A stretch of DNA of 64,000 bases from NCBI GenBank assembly GCA_910584615.1, contig CAJUAM010000002.1, forward strand, positions 29,370-93,369. The letters run 5' to 3'. The notes beneath the pieces are model-generated. The model ran no database searches. It saw nothing but the letters and a program-made list of their open reading frames with translations, and had not been told where the DNA came from. Origin of the DNA: an uncultured Dorea sp. GTDB lineage: Bacteria > Bacillota > Clostridia > Lachnospirales > Lachnospiraceae. Of the stretch, positions 35,715 through 45,074 are shown piece by piece (position 1 is the stretch's first letter; each line of letters begins with the position of its first letter). Position numbers and translations under genes: made by a program.

Positions 35715-36872
35715 TTATGCAAGACCTAATCTGAGCTGCTGCAAAAAATCTGCCGATCCCGCTTCCAGTTCCATCCTTCTGCGGCTCTCTTCCTGTCTGC
35801 GCTCCTGCTCTTCTTTCTGTGCCTGCGCGCCGCTGCCGTTTCGTCCATCCTCATACAGATTGGACTCCTGACCATGTTTGTCTTCTACAACAACCTCCAT
35901 CTTGTCTCCAAGAGTCGACTCAAGCATCCGGCCAAGCTCACTCGCCTTACTGGACATTGCTTCCATCGTTCTCGCGTTAGAACAGATGATAGACACCGTT
36001 GTCTCTCCGGCTTCAACTGCAACCTTAACTAATAATGCACCTAAGTTTCTCGGTGTCAGGCTGATCTCAAATTCTTGTCTGCCACTACTGATCTGCTTTG
36101 CGATCATATCCTTTAACATGTTCGCATACTCCGGCTTGATCTCACCCGTCTCAGCAACTTCTACCTTTGCTTCAACCACTCCGCTGTCATTCGTGCCCTG
36201 AAGCTGCATAAAAGATGTACTTGCCTTATCAGACGCTGCCTCTGCCTTAACATCGATAATACTATTTTCATCATCTCGCGCATTTTCCAGATTCGCAGCT
36301 TTAGATCCTGTGTTCGCCGCCATCTGATCTGACATCTTAGAATCCATCTGACCTTTCGCCTTGGCACTTGCTAATATCTCTTCTGCCCCTGCTAAAGTCT
36401 CACTTGTCTGAGAAATACCCTGCAAAGAGTCTAACGGTATCTTACCTGTCTCTGTGCTCTGTGCTATGTCTGCCATCTGGAATTCCTCTGCATTCTGCGT
36501 CATCACAGCCATATCCTGACCCGCAAAGAGCCCTGTCTGAGATACCGTCTTAGCACCTTCAGCTCCCATCTGCATAAAATTCATCAATGCATCCTGACCT
36601 TCTAAGCCCTCCTGACCTGGCATGATCTGCTGCCCCGGATTGCTCTGTACTGCCTGAACACCTTCTGTACTGCTCTCTGCCAAAGAAGCATCCTTTTGGT
36701 CATATGTCGTGTTTTCCGGCTGGGCATTCGCTGAATTCGCCGCTCCTGCCGCATCCGACAGCGCCTGGCCAAAATCCGGCTTATCTTTTGCAGACGGCTT
36801 TTTGTTCTTTTGCGTCTGGGAAGACTTAGAACTGCCTGTTCCTTTTACCGCATCCATAAAGTTATTCACCAT
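35715..36872 (-). CDS. fliK: Hook-length control protein FliK
   Basis: Low-complexity N-terminus; C-terminal FEISLTPRNLGALLVKV domain; upstream of flgD. Confidence 0.88.
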   Translation of the reverse strand: MVNNFMDAVKGTGSSKSSQTQKNKKPSAKDKPDFGQALSDAAGAANSANAQPENTTYDQKDASLAESSTEGVQAVQSNPGQQIMPGQEGLEGQDALMNFMQMGAEGAKTVSQTGLFAGQDMAVMTQNAEEFQMADIAQSTETGKIPLDSLQGISQTSETLAGAEEILASAKAKGQMDSKMSDQMAANTGSKAANLENARDDENSIIDVKAEAASDKASTSFMQLQGTNDSGVVEAKVEVAETGEIKPEYANMLKDMIAKQISSGRQEFEISLTPRNLGALLVKVAVEAGETTVSIICSNARTMEAMSSKASELGRMLESTLGDKMEVVVEDKHGQESNLYEDGRNGSGAQAQKEEQERRQEESRRRMELEAGSADFLQQLRLGLA

Positions 36873-36925
36873 GACATTTACCTCCTTTCTTTTTAGAAAA
36901 ATCAAATTGTTAATGTGACCCTTCT

Positions 36926-36954
36926 ATTATATAACATTTTATAGCAATCTGCAA
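36926..36954 (-). promoter_or_regulatory. Internal sigmaA-type promoter upstream of fliK
   Basis: TTGCAG-N17-TATAAT on the minus strand in the fliJ-fliK gap. Confidence 0.55.
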
Positions 36955-36965
36955 AGCAGAAATTA

Positions 36966-37409
36966 CTATCGCGCAATAATAAGCCCATGATTAACAAATT
37001 CTTCCACGAGCTGTTCTTGTTCCTTCTGAAGTTCTTTACCATATTCTTCCAATTTTTTCTCCTTCAGCTTATCCAGCGAAGTTGTATCAGTTTTTGCTGC
37101 AATCAGCTCTTTACGCTTCTTCTCTTCCCGATTTTTAAGAGACTTGATCCGCTGATTTACCCTGAACATCTCACCCTTAAGGTATTCCAGATAATTCTCA
37201 TACGTATGTATCCTAAGTATTTGACAGCCTTCTTCCTGTTCCCTTTTCATCTGTTCCCTGATCTCTACATCCTTATCACTCAGTTCTTGGAACATTTCCT
37301 CCTGAAGTTTGATCTCATGCATGATAGCCGCATGTTCATTACGGATGCTGTTTTCATATTGACGCTTATAGCTAAGTACTTTATCAAGTGCAAAAGCGAA
37401 TTTTTTCAC
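36966..37409 (-). CDS. fliJ: Export protein FliJ
   Basis: KKFAFALDKVL..K...E N-terminus, coiled coil; after fliI; probable GTG start. Confidence 0.88.
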   Translation of the reverse strand: MKKFAFALDKVLSYKRQYENSIRNEHAAIMHEIKLQEEMFQELSDKDVEIREQMKREQEEGCQILRIHTYENYLEYLKGEMFRVNQRIKSLKNREEKKRKELIAAKTDTTSLDKLKEKKLEEYGKELQKEQEQLVEEFVNHGLIIAR

Positions 37410-37429
37410 CTTAATTTCCCCCAGTGTCA

Positions 37430-38734
37430 TTATTTGTCAAACATTTTCTGCAAAGTCTCTACCGTCTTTTCTATAGAAAACGGTTCTTCAACATTCTGCA
37501 TAAGGAACTGGTTAATCTGCTTAATCTTAGATATCGCATAATCCAGTTCTGGATTTGTTCCCGACTTGTAAGCTCCGATTGAGATCAAATCCTCATTCTG
37601 CGTATACAAACTGTACAAATCTCTAAGTTTCCCCGCTAATTTTTTATGTTCTGGCGTCGCAACCGTCGACATCAGACGGGAAATACTCGCATTAATATCT
37701 ATTGCCGGATAATGATTGGAGTTCGCAAGCTTTCTGCTCAATACAATATGCCCATCTAAAATACCACGGACAGTATCCGCAATTGGCTCGTTCGTATCAT
37801 CTCCTTCTACTAATACAGTATAAACCCCGGTAATAGAACCACTATCGAAATTCCCGCTCCTTTCTAGGAGTTTCGGAAACTCCGCATAGATAGAAGGTGT
37901 ATATCCTCTGGCAATCGGCGGCTCTCCGGTTGCCAGCCCTATCTCTCTTTGTGCCATGGCAAAACGCGTCAGGGAATCCATCATCAAAAGGACATCCTTC
38001 CCCTGATCTTTAAAATATTCTGCAATCGTAGTTGCTACCATCGGACATTTCATCCTAAGCATTGCCGGCTGATCAGAAGTGGCTACCACAAGTACCGACC
38101 GCTTCATACCTTCCGGACCCAGATCACGCTCTACAAATTCCAGAACCTCCCTGCCACGCTCTCCTACAAGGGCAATCACGTTGATATCCGCCTTTACGTT
38201 CCGGGCAATCATACCCATTAATGTACTTTTGCCCACACCGCTTCCGGCAAAGATACCGATACGCTGCCCCTTACCGATCATATTCAGTCCATCAATCGCT
38301 TTCACACCGAATTCCAACGGTTCCTGGATCGGCGGTCTGTCAAGCGGATTAATGTTTGAACTCTCTACATAATAATATCTGTTCGATTCAAATGTTCCTT
38401 TATTATCAATCGGATGCCCCAGCGCATCAATGATCCTGCCCCTTAAAAACTCACCCACAGGAATCTTTAACCGCTTTCTGGTATTCCTCACATAACTGTC
38501 TGAACCAATACCATTAATATTCTCATATGCCATCAATTGTACCTTGTCATCACGAAATCCTACAACTTCTGCCGGAATTTCTTTTTTCTGCTGCTCATTA
38601 TATATAAGCACGATGTCGCCGATACTTGTGTTGCTGCCGGATGCCTGCATAGACATTCCGGTTATATTTTCTATCTTCCCGATATAACTGACTGTCTCGG
38701 CATTCAAAATCCTTCCCGGCAGTTCTTTCAGCAT
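37430..38734 (-). CDS. fliI: Export ATPase FliI
   Basis: GIFAGSGVGKS, ALVGERGRE, DSLTRFAMAQRE. Confidence 0.97.
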   Translation of the reverse strand: MLKELPGRILNAETVSYIGKIENITGMSMQASGSNTSIGDIVLIYNEQQKKEIPAEVVGFRDDKVQLMAYENINGIGSDSYVRNTRKRLKIPVGEFLRGRIIDALGHPIDNKGTFESNRYYYVESSNINPLDRPPIQEPLEFGVKAIDGLNMIGKGQRIGIFAGSGVGKSTLMGMIARNVKADINVIALVGERGREVLEFVERDLGPEGMKRSVLVVATSDQPAMLRMKCPMVATTIAEYFKDQGKDVLLMMDSLTRFAMAQREIGLATGEPPIARGYTPSIYAEFPKLLERSGNFDSGSITGVYTVLVEGDDTNEPIADTVRGILDGHIVLSRKLANSNHYPAIDINASISRLMSTVATPEHKKLAGKLRDLYSLYTQNEDLISIGAYKSGTNPELDYAISKIKQINQFLMQNVEEPFSIEKTVETLQKMFDK

Positions 38735-38748
38735 ATTTTTAAACTCCT

Positions 38749-39534
38749 TTATAATCTGGCATTATTCATGATCTCACGGATATTCTCAAGCTGAGTACTA
38801 ACACTTACATCCACGATCTCATCCGGACGCTCAACGATACATGTACCCGTCTCTTCGTCTTCCATAATAATGATCTTTACAGAATCAGAGAGGTTACTAA
38901 GCTCCTGCAAGAATCTCGGATCCGCATTGATATCCTTGCCCATCTCCTGTGTAGCACCGATATATATCTTTGCCCAAGCGCTTTTTTTCAATTTTTCTGT
39001 AGCCGCGAGAATCATCCTTTCAATTACCCTGACATTGGAACGCAGACTGGTACGGACTATCTTTTCACCAATCGCAAGTGAAATTTCTTTCAAATCGTCC
39101 ATATATTTTTCCAGTGTTTTCTCCTTCACTGTCTCCACATCCAGAATACTTGCTGCCAGCATATCCTCAAGCTCTGTCATCTTTTTCTGGTACTCTGCAA
39201 GCCCTTGCATTTCCCCTTCCTGAAAGCCGCTGTCATAGCCTGACTTTTTCCCCGCTTCAAAACCCTCTTCATAAGCGTCCTGTTTGATCTTCTCCGCCAC
39301 GCTCCTTGCTTCCTCCAGGACTTTTTCTGACTGAGCCATCATCTCATCCATCCTACGCTGAAATTCCGCTTCCCGCCGGTCTTCCTCAGTCTCTTCCGGA
39401 ACATCAATGACAGTTTCTTTTGTCTCTTCAGTCTTTAAAATATCCTTAATTTCTTTTTTCAAATCAAGCAGCGGATACTCAAAAGAACTTTGAATATCAT
39501 CCGGAGCCTGCGATGTCTTCACTACTCTATACAA
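38749..39534 (-). CDS. fliH: FliH
   Basis: AxxxG(xxxG)n repeats AYEEGFEAGKKSGYDSGFQEG; between fliG and fliI. Confidence 0.9.
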   Translation of the reverse strand: MYRVVKTSQAPDDIQSSFEYPLLDLKKEIKDILKTEETKETVIDVPEETEEDRREAEFQRRMDEMMAQSEKVLEEARSVAEKIKQDAYEEGFEAGKKSGYDSGFQEGEMQGLAEYQKKMTELEDMLAASILDVETVKEKTLEKYMDDLKEISLAIGEKIVRTSLRSNVRVIERMILAATEKLKKSAWAKIYIGATQEMGKDINADPRFLQELSNLSDSVKIIIMEDEETGTCIVERPDEIVDVSVSTQLENIREIMNNARL

Positions 39535-40543
39535 TAATCTCGTCCTTTCCGCCCTTGTTGATTACCAGTTCGCCTTCTTCCTCCAGTTTTCTGATAACGC
39601 CAACAATACGTGACTGCGCTTCTTCAACATCACGCAGCTTTACATTGACTGTAACCTCCAAATCTGACCTGACCTGTTCTGCCATACGACTGGACATGTT
39701 GGAATAGAATGCCGCAAGTATCTCCTCTCCCGCGCCTTTTAATGAGTATACGACATCCTTCATATCGCAATCTCTGATAAAACGCTGGATAGACCTGTTG
39801 TCCATTGTAAGGATATCCTCGAATACGAACATCTTCTTGCGGATCTCTTCTGTAAGTTCCGGATCGTCCTTGCCCATCTCGTCGAAAATGAACTTCTCGT
39901 TGCTTCTGTCCATATGGTTCATTACATCCGCAATGTAATCAATACCGCCGATACTTGTAAAGTCGGTAGTGAGGATATTATCAAACCTGCTCCTAAGCTG
40001 CTGTTCAACAATTTTAATAGCTTCAGGAGAAGCGCTGTCCATCATAGCGATACTTTTTACAACCTGGATCCGCTTTTCCTCCGGCAATTCCGCGATAACT
40101 GCCGCCGCTTTATCGGATTCTACATAGGACAGTACCAAAGCGATCGTCTGAGCTCTCTCATTCTGCAGTATAGAAAACAAGTTCTTCACATCTGCTTTTT
40201 CGATAAAATCGAACGAACGGTTTTTGAGATACTTTGATACCTTCTGCAAAAGTTCTGTCGCAGCGTTCTCTCCATATGCTTTTTCCAGAACAGCCCTGGC
40301 ATATTCCAGTCCTCCATCCGTCACAACTTTCTGCGTCAGACAAGTCTTATAAAATTCATCAAGTACCTGCTCTGTAACCTCTGCTTCAAGGTGTCCAAGC
40401 TTCGCCACCTCCAGCGCCAGCTTTTCCGCGTCTTCATTGCTCAGATATTTAAATAATTTTGAAGCCTTATCAGTCCCAAGCGCAACAACAACTGTCGCCG
40501 CCTTCTGCTCCGGCATCAGCGTCCCATTTACATCAATTGACAT
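39527..40543 (-). CDS. fliG: Rotor protein FliG
   Basis: QKAA, GGLEYAR, GGIDY, MFVFED, NMSSR. Confidence 0.95.
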   Translation of the reverse strand: MSIDVNGTLMPEQKAATVVVALGTDKASKLFKYLSNEDAEKLALEVAKLGHLEAEVTEQVLDEFYKTCLTQKVVTDGGLEYARAVLEKAYGENAATELLQKVSKYLKNRSFDFIEKADVKNLFSILQNERAQTIALVLSYVESDKAAAVIAELPEEKRIQVVKSIAMMDSASPEAIKIVEQQLRSRFDNILTTDFTSIGGIDYIADVMNHMDRSNEKFIFDEMGKDDPELTEEIRKKMFVFEDILTMDNRSIQRFIRDCDMKDVVYSLKGAGEEILAAFYSNMSSRMAEQVRSDLEVTVNVKLRDVEEAQSRIVGVIRKLEEEGELVINKGGKDEIIV

Positions 40544-42155
40544 CGTCATCACCTCCGCGCAGCCAGTTCTTAAGCATCTGGGCAGAAAGTTCCGGATTCT
40601 CATCTGCGAACGCCCTTACTCTCTCACGCAGCTCCTGACTTCTCTCGTTTTGTATATTCAAAAGCTCTGGTGTCAGCGAGTCTTCTTCTGCTTCCTCTTC
40701 TGTTTCTATACCCTCGCCTTCCGGAAGCTCCTCTGCAACTTCTTCCAATACTTCTTCTGCTTCTGCTTCCTCCTGCTTCTTCTTGCGTTTCCTGAGCATA
40801 ATGAACAACGCCGTAAGCAACAGCAGCAATACGATAACTCCAATGATCACAAATAGCAGATTATCTTTAATTGCTTCTGTTATCACTTCCATAGCACTTC
40901 TGTCCTTCGAATCAGTATCTTCATAGAACGGTGCATTGGCAATCGCGATTTTATCTATCCGATCTTCCGGGGCAATGCCGACAGCATTACCTACCATCTC
41001 CTGAAGTTTATTTGTAGTAAGGTCGCCAAGCGTCCTTCCGTTGATCGCGACAGATACTGTTACATCCTCTAATACTCCGGTGTCAATCTCTCCTTGTTCT
41101 TTAATCTGGTTCACCAGATAGTCTCTCGTCCAGCTTTCGCTTGTGTATCCATTTCCATTCTGATTAGCGTTTGCCGTATACTGTGATATATCTGAGTTAG
41201 TCTCTGTTCCTACAACTCCATTAGCACCCGCTTCATTTCCGCCGCTCTCCCTGGCTCCGGTATCTTTAGAAAGAATACCCGTTTTGTCTTCCTCATCTAT
41301 TTTCTCCGGCGTAGTATACGTCGTAGACTCACGAATAATCTTTTCCATATTCACAGTACCTTTTGCAGATACTCTGATATTATCTTCCCCGTAAAACGGT
41401 TCCAGCACATGAACTACCTTCTGGGCCAGCTGCGTCTCTATCAGTCTCGCTATCTCCTGACTCTCATTACCCGAAGAATCTCCGCCCGCCGAATCAGAAA
41501 CAATAATTCCATTTCCATCCAAAACTGTAACATTTTCCAGTTTCATGCCAGGCACACTCTGCGCAACCAACCTTTGAATACCTACTGCCTGCTTTGAGGT
41601 CGGAGACCCTCCATCCTTCATCATAACTACAACAGAAGCACTGGTATCATTGGAATCATCCTCCGAATCCGACAGCACGTATTTGCTCTCCTCACCGAGA
41701 GCAATCGTCACTTTCGCATCTTTTACGCCATCAAAAAGCCGCACAGTCGCACCTATACGGTTCTGCAACTCATACAATTTGTATGTCTGCTTCTCCATAT
41801 CGGTAGTCATACCACCCGCATTGTTTGTAAATACATCGTATGTAAAACCGCTCTTCGGATAACCTTCCTGCGCAAGCTGCGCGCGGGTAGTATCCGCCAC
41901 ATCTGTCGGCACCTTAATATTTCCCGATCCGTCAGAGGTATACTGAACCTTCATCTCCTGCAGTTTTGCCAGGATCTCAGTAGTCTCCTCCTCTGTCACA
42001 TTTGTATAAAGTATCACATAGTCCTTGTGATTCAATAACACCGTAATTATGATCGCACCGACTATAATCGCCGCTATTACAGCTATAGCTATTATCTTCG
42101 TCTTCCTGCTCAGGTTTGCAAGATATTCTTTTACTGCATTCAGCTTCTCTTTCAT
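40533..42155 (-). CDS. fliF: MS-ring protein FliF
   Basis: Two TM segments, LAQEGYP, ASVVV, NPELSAQMLKNWL. Confidence 0.95.
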   Translation of the reverse strand: MKEKLNAVKEYLANLSRKTKIIAIAVIAAIIVGAIIITVLLNHKDYVILYTNVTEEETTEILAKLQEMKVQYTSDGSGNIKVPTDVADTTRAQLAQEGYPKSGFTYDVFTNNAGGMTTDMEKQTYKLYELQNRIGATVRLFDGVKDAKVTIALGEESKYVLSDSEDDSNDTSASVVVMMKDGGSPTSKQAVGIQRLVAQSVPGMKLENVTVLDGNGIIVSDSAGGDSSGNESQEIARLIETQLAQKVVHVLEPFYGEDNIRVSAKGTVNMEKIIRESTTYTTPEKIDEEDKTGILSKDTGARESGGNEAGANGVVGTETNSDISQYTANANQNGNGYTSESWTRDYLVNQIKEQGEIDTGVLEDVTVSVAINGRTLGDLTTNKLQEMVGNAVGIAPEDRIDKIAIANAPFYEDTDSKDRSAMEVITEAIKDNLLFVIIGVIVLLLLLTALFIMLRKRKKKQEEAEAEEVLEEVAEELPEGEGIETEEEAEEDSLTPELLNIQNERSQELRERVRAFADENPELSAQMLKNWLRGGDDDVN

Positions 42156-42185
42156 TCGTCAGTCTATCCCATCTATAAATTAATC

Positions 42186-42494
42186 TTATAAAGAAATCCG
42201 CATCAGCTCATTATAAGCATCCACTGCCTTATTGCGCAATTCAACAAGCAGATCCACCGACAGCTTTGCTTCTGCCGCAGCTATCGGAACCGTATGCGCA
42301 TCATCAATCTGACCGGTCGCCAGAAGATACTGCTTATCTTCCAGATTCTTCTGGGTATCTTTTACATTATTTATCGCATCCTCAAAAACATCCCTGAACA
42401 AGGCTGTTCCTTCCTCTATAACCGAATTTGTAGATTTGATTCCGCCAACCCCGAATTTTAACGGCTGAATCGGCGTAATAAATTCTGTCGCCAT
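42186..42494 (-). CDS. fliE: FliE
   Basis: LATG..DD.H, ELRNKAVDAYNELMR. Confidence 0.93.
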   Translation of the reverse strand: MATEFITPIQPLKFGVGGIKSTNSVIEEGTALFRDVFEDAINNVKDTQKNLEDKQYLLATGQIDDAHTVPIAAAEAKLSVDLLVELRNKAVDAYNELMRISL

Positions 42495-42521
42495 GTCTCT
42501 TAATCCTCCTTAAAACAAATC

Positions 42522-42914
42522 CTATTGCCCTTTGATCACCGTAGACAACCTTGATATCTCACTATTCACAGACTGAATCGCATACTGATACTGCAAAGCT
42601 GTTCTTGTCAGCTCTGACATCTCCGCATCCGCAACCACATTATTGCCATCCATACGAGCAGTTTCCGTGTCAGATTCTTCCACCAGCCATGCCGCCGAAT
42701 CTGCCGCCTGCCTTACTGCTGCACGGTCCCCTGATGCACCTTTAAGCTTTGCCCGGTACATGTCTTCGAACGTTACAAACTTCGCTTTATATCCAGGCGT
42801 GTCAACATTGGCAATATTTCCGGCAGTAACTGCCTGTTTCTTCCACAAAAAATCAAGCGATTTTCCCGAGACAAGAATGCCATTTCCAAAAATTTGATTC
42901 ATTGTTTTCACCAT
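42522..42914 (-). CDS. flgB: Proximal rod protein FlgB
   Basis: NIANVDTPGYKAK, RMDGNNV. Confidence 0.95.
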   Translation of the reverse strand: MVKTMNQIFGNGILVSGKSLDFLWKKQAVTAGNIANVDTPGYKAKFVTFEDMYRAKLKGASGDRAAVRQAADSAAWLVEESDTETARMDGNNVVADAEMSELTRTALQYQYAIQSVNSEISRLSTVIKGQ

Positions 42915-43018
42915 TCCTTATCTGATTTTCTTCCTATTTATAATGTAATAATCAAATAACTGCTTTGCCTATATTTTTCATCGCAAACATCCTAAAAACG
43001 ACGAAAAAGCACTAATAA

Positions 43019-43047
43019 AGTATATTACTTTTTTTTTCATCCGTCAA
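43019..43047 (-). promoter_or_regulatory. sigmaA-type promoter of the main flgB operon
   Basis: TTGACG-N17-TATACT on the minus strand; spacer contains A9; palindrome AAAGTA-N3-TACTTT overlaps the -10. Confidence 0.8.
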
Positions 43048-43099
43048 CCTTCTGTACAATTTTTCCATATATTTGCCGCCAAGCCATAGGCCCTGTTTT

Positions 43100-43858
43100 T
43101 TACAAAAAAGTACTGCCGCCGCCATTGTCATCATCCCCAAAATCCAAAATGCTCTGGAGCTTTTGCTGCATCTGGAGCTGCAGCATCTGAATCATCATCT
43201 TATATGTATCTCCATACTCCTGATCGTAAGCTAAAGTCAACGCCTGCTGCTGCCCCTGTATCCCGGTATCTGAAGCAGGCATTGAAACCGTCTGACCAGT
43301 ACTGAAATCCTCTCCTGCATATTCAAGTACGCGCTTCACATAATTCTGCGTTTCTTTAAAAGGAGGTATACCTCCATATTTCGCGACATTACCGCTCCCC
43401 GCGTTATAAGCAGCGAGCGCAAGCTTTGTATCTCCGTCATATTTATCTAAAAGCTTTGCCAGATACTTAGAACCCGCCATAATATTCTGTCTTGCATCAT
43501 ACGCATCTGTGACACCCAGACTCTTGGCCGTCCCTGGCATAAGCTGCATCACACCCATAGCGCCGCACCTTGATGTAGCTGAGGTATTAAAATTCGACTC
43601 GGCCTTACCAACTGCTTTCAAAAGGCGGATATCCACTCCCGTTTCTTTTGATGCCGCCTCAAATATACCATCCATCGGCGTCGATATCCCGCCCGAAGTG
43701 CTGACAGCAGCAGTATTCTTAAGAATCTGACCAAAAGTATTCTGCCCATAACTGTTGTAATTACCATAGTTTCCATAAAGCCCATAACCGCTTCCCAAAC
43801 CAGAATATAGTCCCAGAAGCTGATACATCTGACTTATGTCCATATTATTTACCTCCAT
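43100..43858 (-). CDS. Lytic transglycosylase (SLT domain)
   Basis: AESNF, GAMGVMQLMP, ALAAYNAG, ETQNYV. Confidence 0.93.
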   Translation of the reverse strand: MEVNNMDISQMYQLLGLYSGLGSGYGLYGNYGNYNSYGQNTFGQILKNTAAVSTSGGISTPMDGIFEAASKETGVDIRLLKAVGKAESNFNTSATSRCGAMGVMQLMPGTAKSLGVTDAYDARQNIMAGSKYLAKLLDKYDGDTKLALAAYNAGSGNVAKYGGIPPFKETQNYVKRVLEYAGEDFSTGQTVSMPASDTGIQGQQQALTLAYDQEYGDTYKMMIQMLQLQMQQKLQSILDFGDDDNGGGSTFL

Positions 43859-43932
43859 ATCTTAATTTTACTAAAATCCAATTTTCAAATATCTGATCTG
43901 TTTACAAACTTTTGACACTATTCAAAATGCTC

Positions 43933-43961
43933 TTGTATTTTCTATATTTACACGGTATGAT
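43933..43961 (+). promoter_or_regulatory. Possible sigmaA promoter of the PilZ gene
   Basis: TTGTAT-N17-TATGAT. Confidence 0.4.
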
Positions 43962-43998
43962 AATAGAATATCACACATATTTGAAAGGAGCAATGACT

Positions 43999-44676
43999 AT
44001 GTTTCTCACAGAATGTAAGCAGGCAGTTCTTTATACGGTAGAAGACATCTTTTTATGCGACGCTGCCGTATCCCATATTAGTGAAGATTCAGCTACTCTC
44101 ATCGTAACCAAGAGCAATGCTGACCTTTCACTCACAGAAGCCCACGTTACCTTTTTTGATTCATCAAAGGGATTAGTTACATATTCCTGCGAACTCAGCG
44201 AATTCAAAAAATCAAAGCGCGCCACAAACACCGAATATTACTTTACACGCTGTACTGTTCATGAACAGATCTCCGTAATGCAGCGGCGCAACGATATCAA
44301 AGTTCCAGTCAACATCTCCGTCACTCTTTCAGCAAAAACCCGCGAGGGAACGCTTTCAAATATCGAGGCTAAGATCTGGAACATCAGCGCAGGAGGGATT
44401 TTTTTTACAAGCCGCCAGTCATTTTCACCCGGCGATATCGCTTCCTTCCATTTTTCTAATCCGGATTTACCCTCTCTCACTCTTCAAGTGGAAATCCTCC
44501 GTCTGCAGGCACACCGCGAATTGCGCAAAATCATCGGTTCAGAAGCAAAAGACACAGAACTTACAGGATACGGCTGTCAGTTTGTACATCTTCCTTCCCG
44601 CGCCGAATCGCAGATCCGCAATTATGTATTCCGCCAGGATCTCATCCACCGCAGATGGGTTTCTTCTCTCGATTAA
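43999..44676 (+). CDS. PilZ-domain protein (YcgR/MotI-like)
   Basis: QRRNDIK and NISAGG motifs, YGCQF; AAGGAG RBS. Confidence 0.85.
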   Translation: MFLTECKQAVLYTVEDIFLCDAAVSHISEDSATLIVTKSNADLSLTEAHVTFFDSSKGLVTYSCELSEFKKSKRATNTEYYFTRCTVHEQISVMQRRNDIKVPVNISVTLSAKTREGTLSNIEAKIWNISAGGIFFTSRQSFSPGDIASFHFSNPDLPSLTLQVEILRLQAHRELRKIIGSEAKDTELTGYGCQFVHLPSRAESQIRNYVFRQDLIHRRWVSSLD

Positions 44677-44702
44677 CACCACTGTCTGTTTCTTCTGCCC
44701 TG

Positions 44703-45074
44703 TTATGGGGCAGGAGATTCTTTTGCGTCTTCTGATCCACCTTCTGTTTCTTCAGTTTCCTGATCTTTTTCTATCTCTTCAGTTTCCGTTTTTTCTTCTT
44801 TCTTTCCCGGAACATAATTCAAGAAATAGATATATATATCAATAATCGCCTGATACAATTCTGTTGGTATCTCTGCTCCCAGATTAAGCTGAGTCAGCAT
44901 CGTAGCAAGAGAATTATCCTCATAGACCGGGACCCCGGATTTTCTTGCCACCTCTACCATCTTCTCCGCAATATATCCCATACCCGAAGCAACGATAATC
45001 GGCGCCGCATTTTTGTTCTCATCATAAGACAGCGCAACTGCCTTCTTGTTCAGCACATCGTTAAATCTTGACAT
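44703..45074 (-). CDS. Stand-alone FlhB C-terminal domain protein (FlhX/YlqH-like)
   Basis: KAVALSYD...APIIVASG.G...EIPTELYQAI; no NPTH and no TM domain. Confidence 0.9.
   Translation of the reverse strand: MSRFNDVLNKKAVALSYDENKNAAPIIVASGMGYIAEKMVEVARKSGVPVYEDNSLATMLTQLNLGAEIPTELYQAIIDIYIYFLNYVPGKKEEKTETEEIEKDQETEETEGGSEDAKESPAP

Noticed and set aside
42915..43099. C. difficile-style c-di-GMP riboswitch or invertible flagellar switch upstream of flgB
   Set aside because: The leader is only about 100 nt; I found no GEMM-type GAAA tetraloop/receptor architecture, no long flanking inverted repeats and no recombinase
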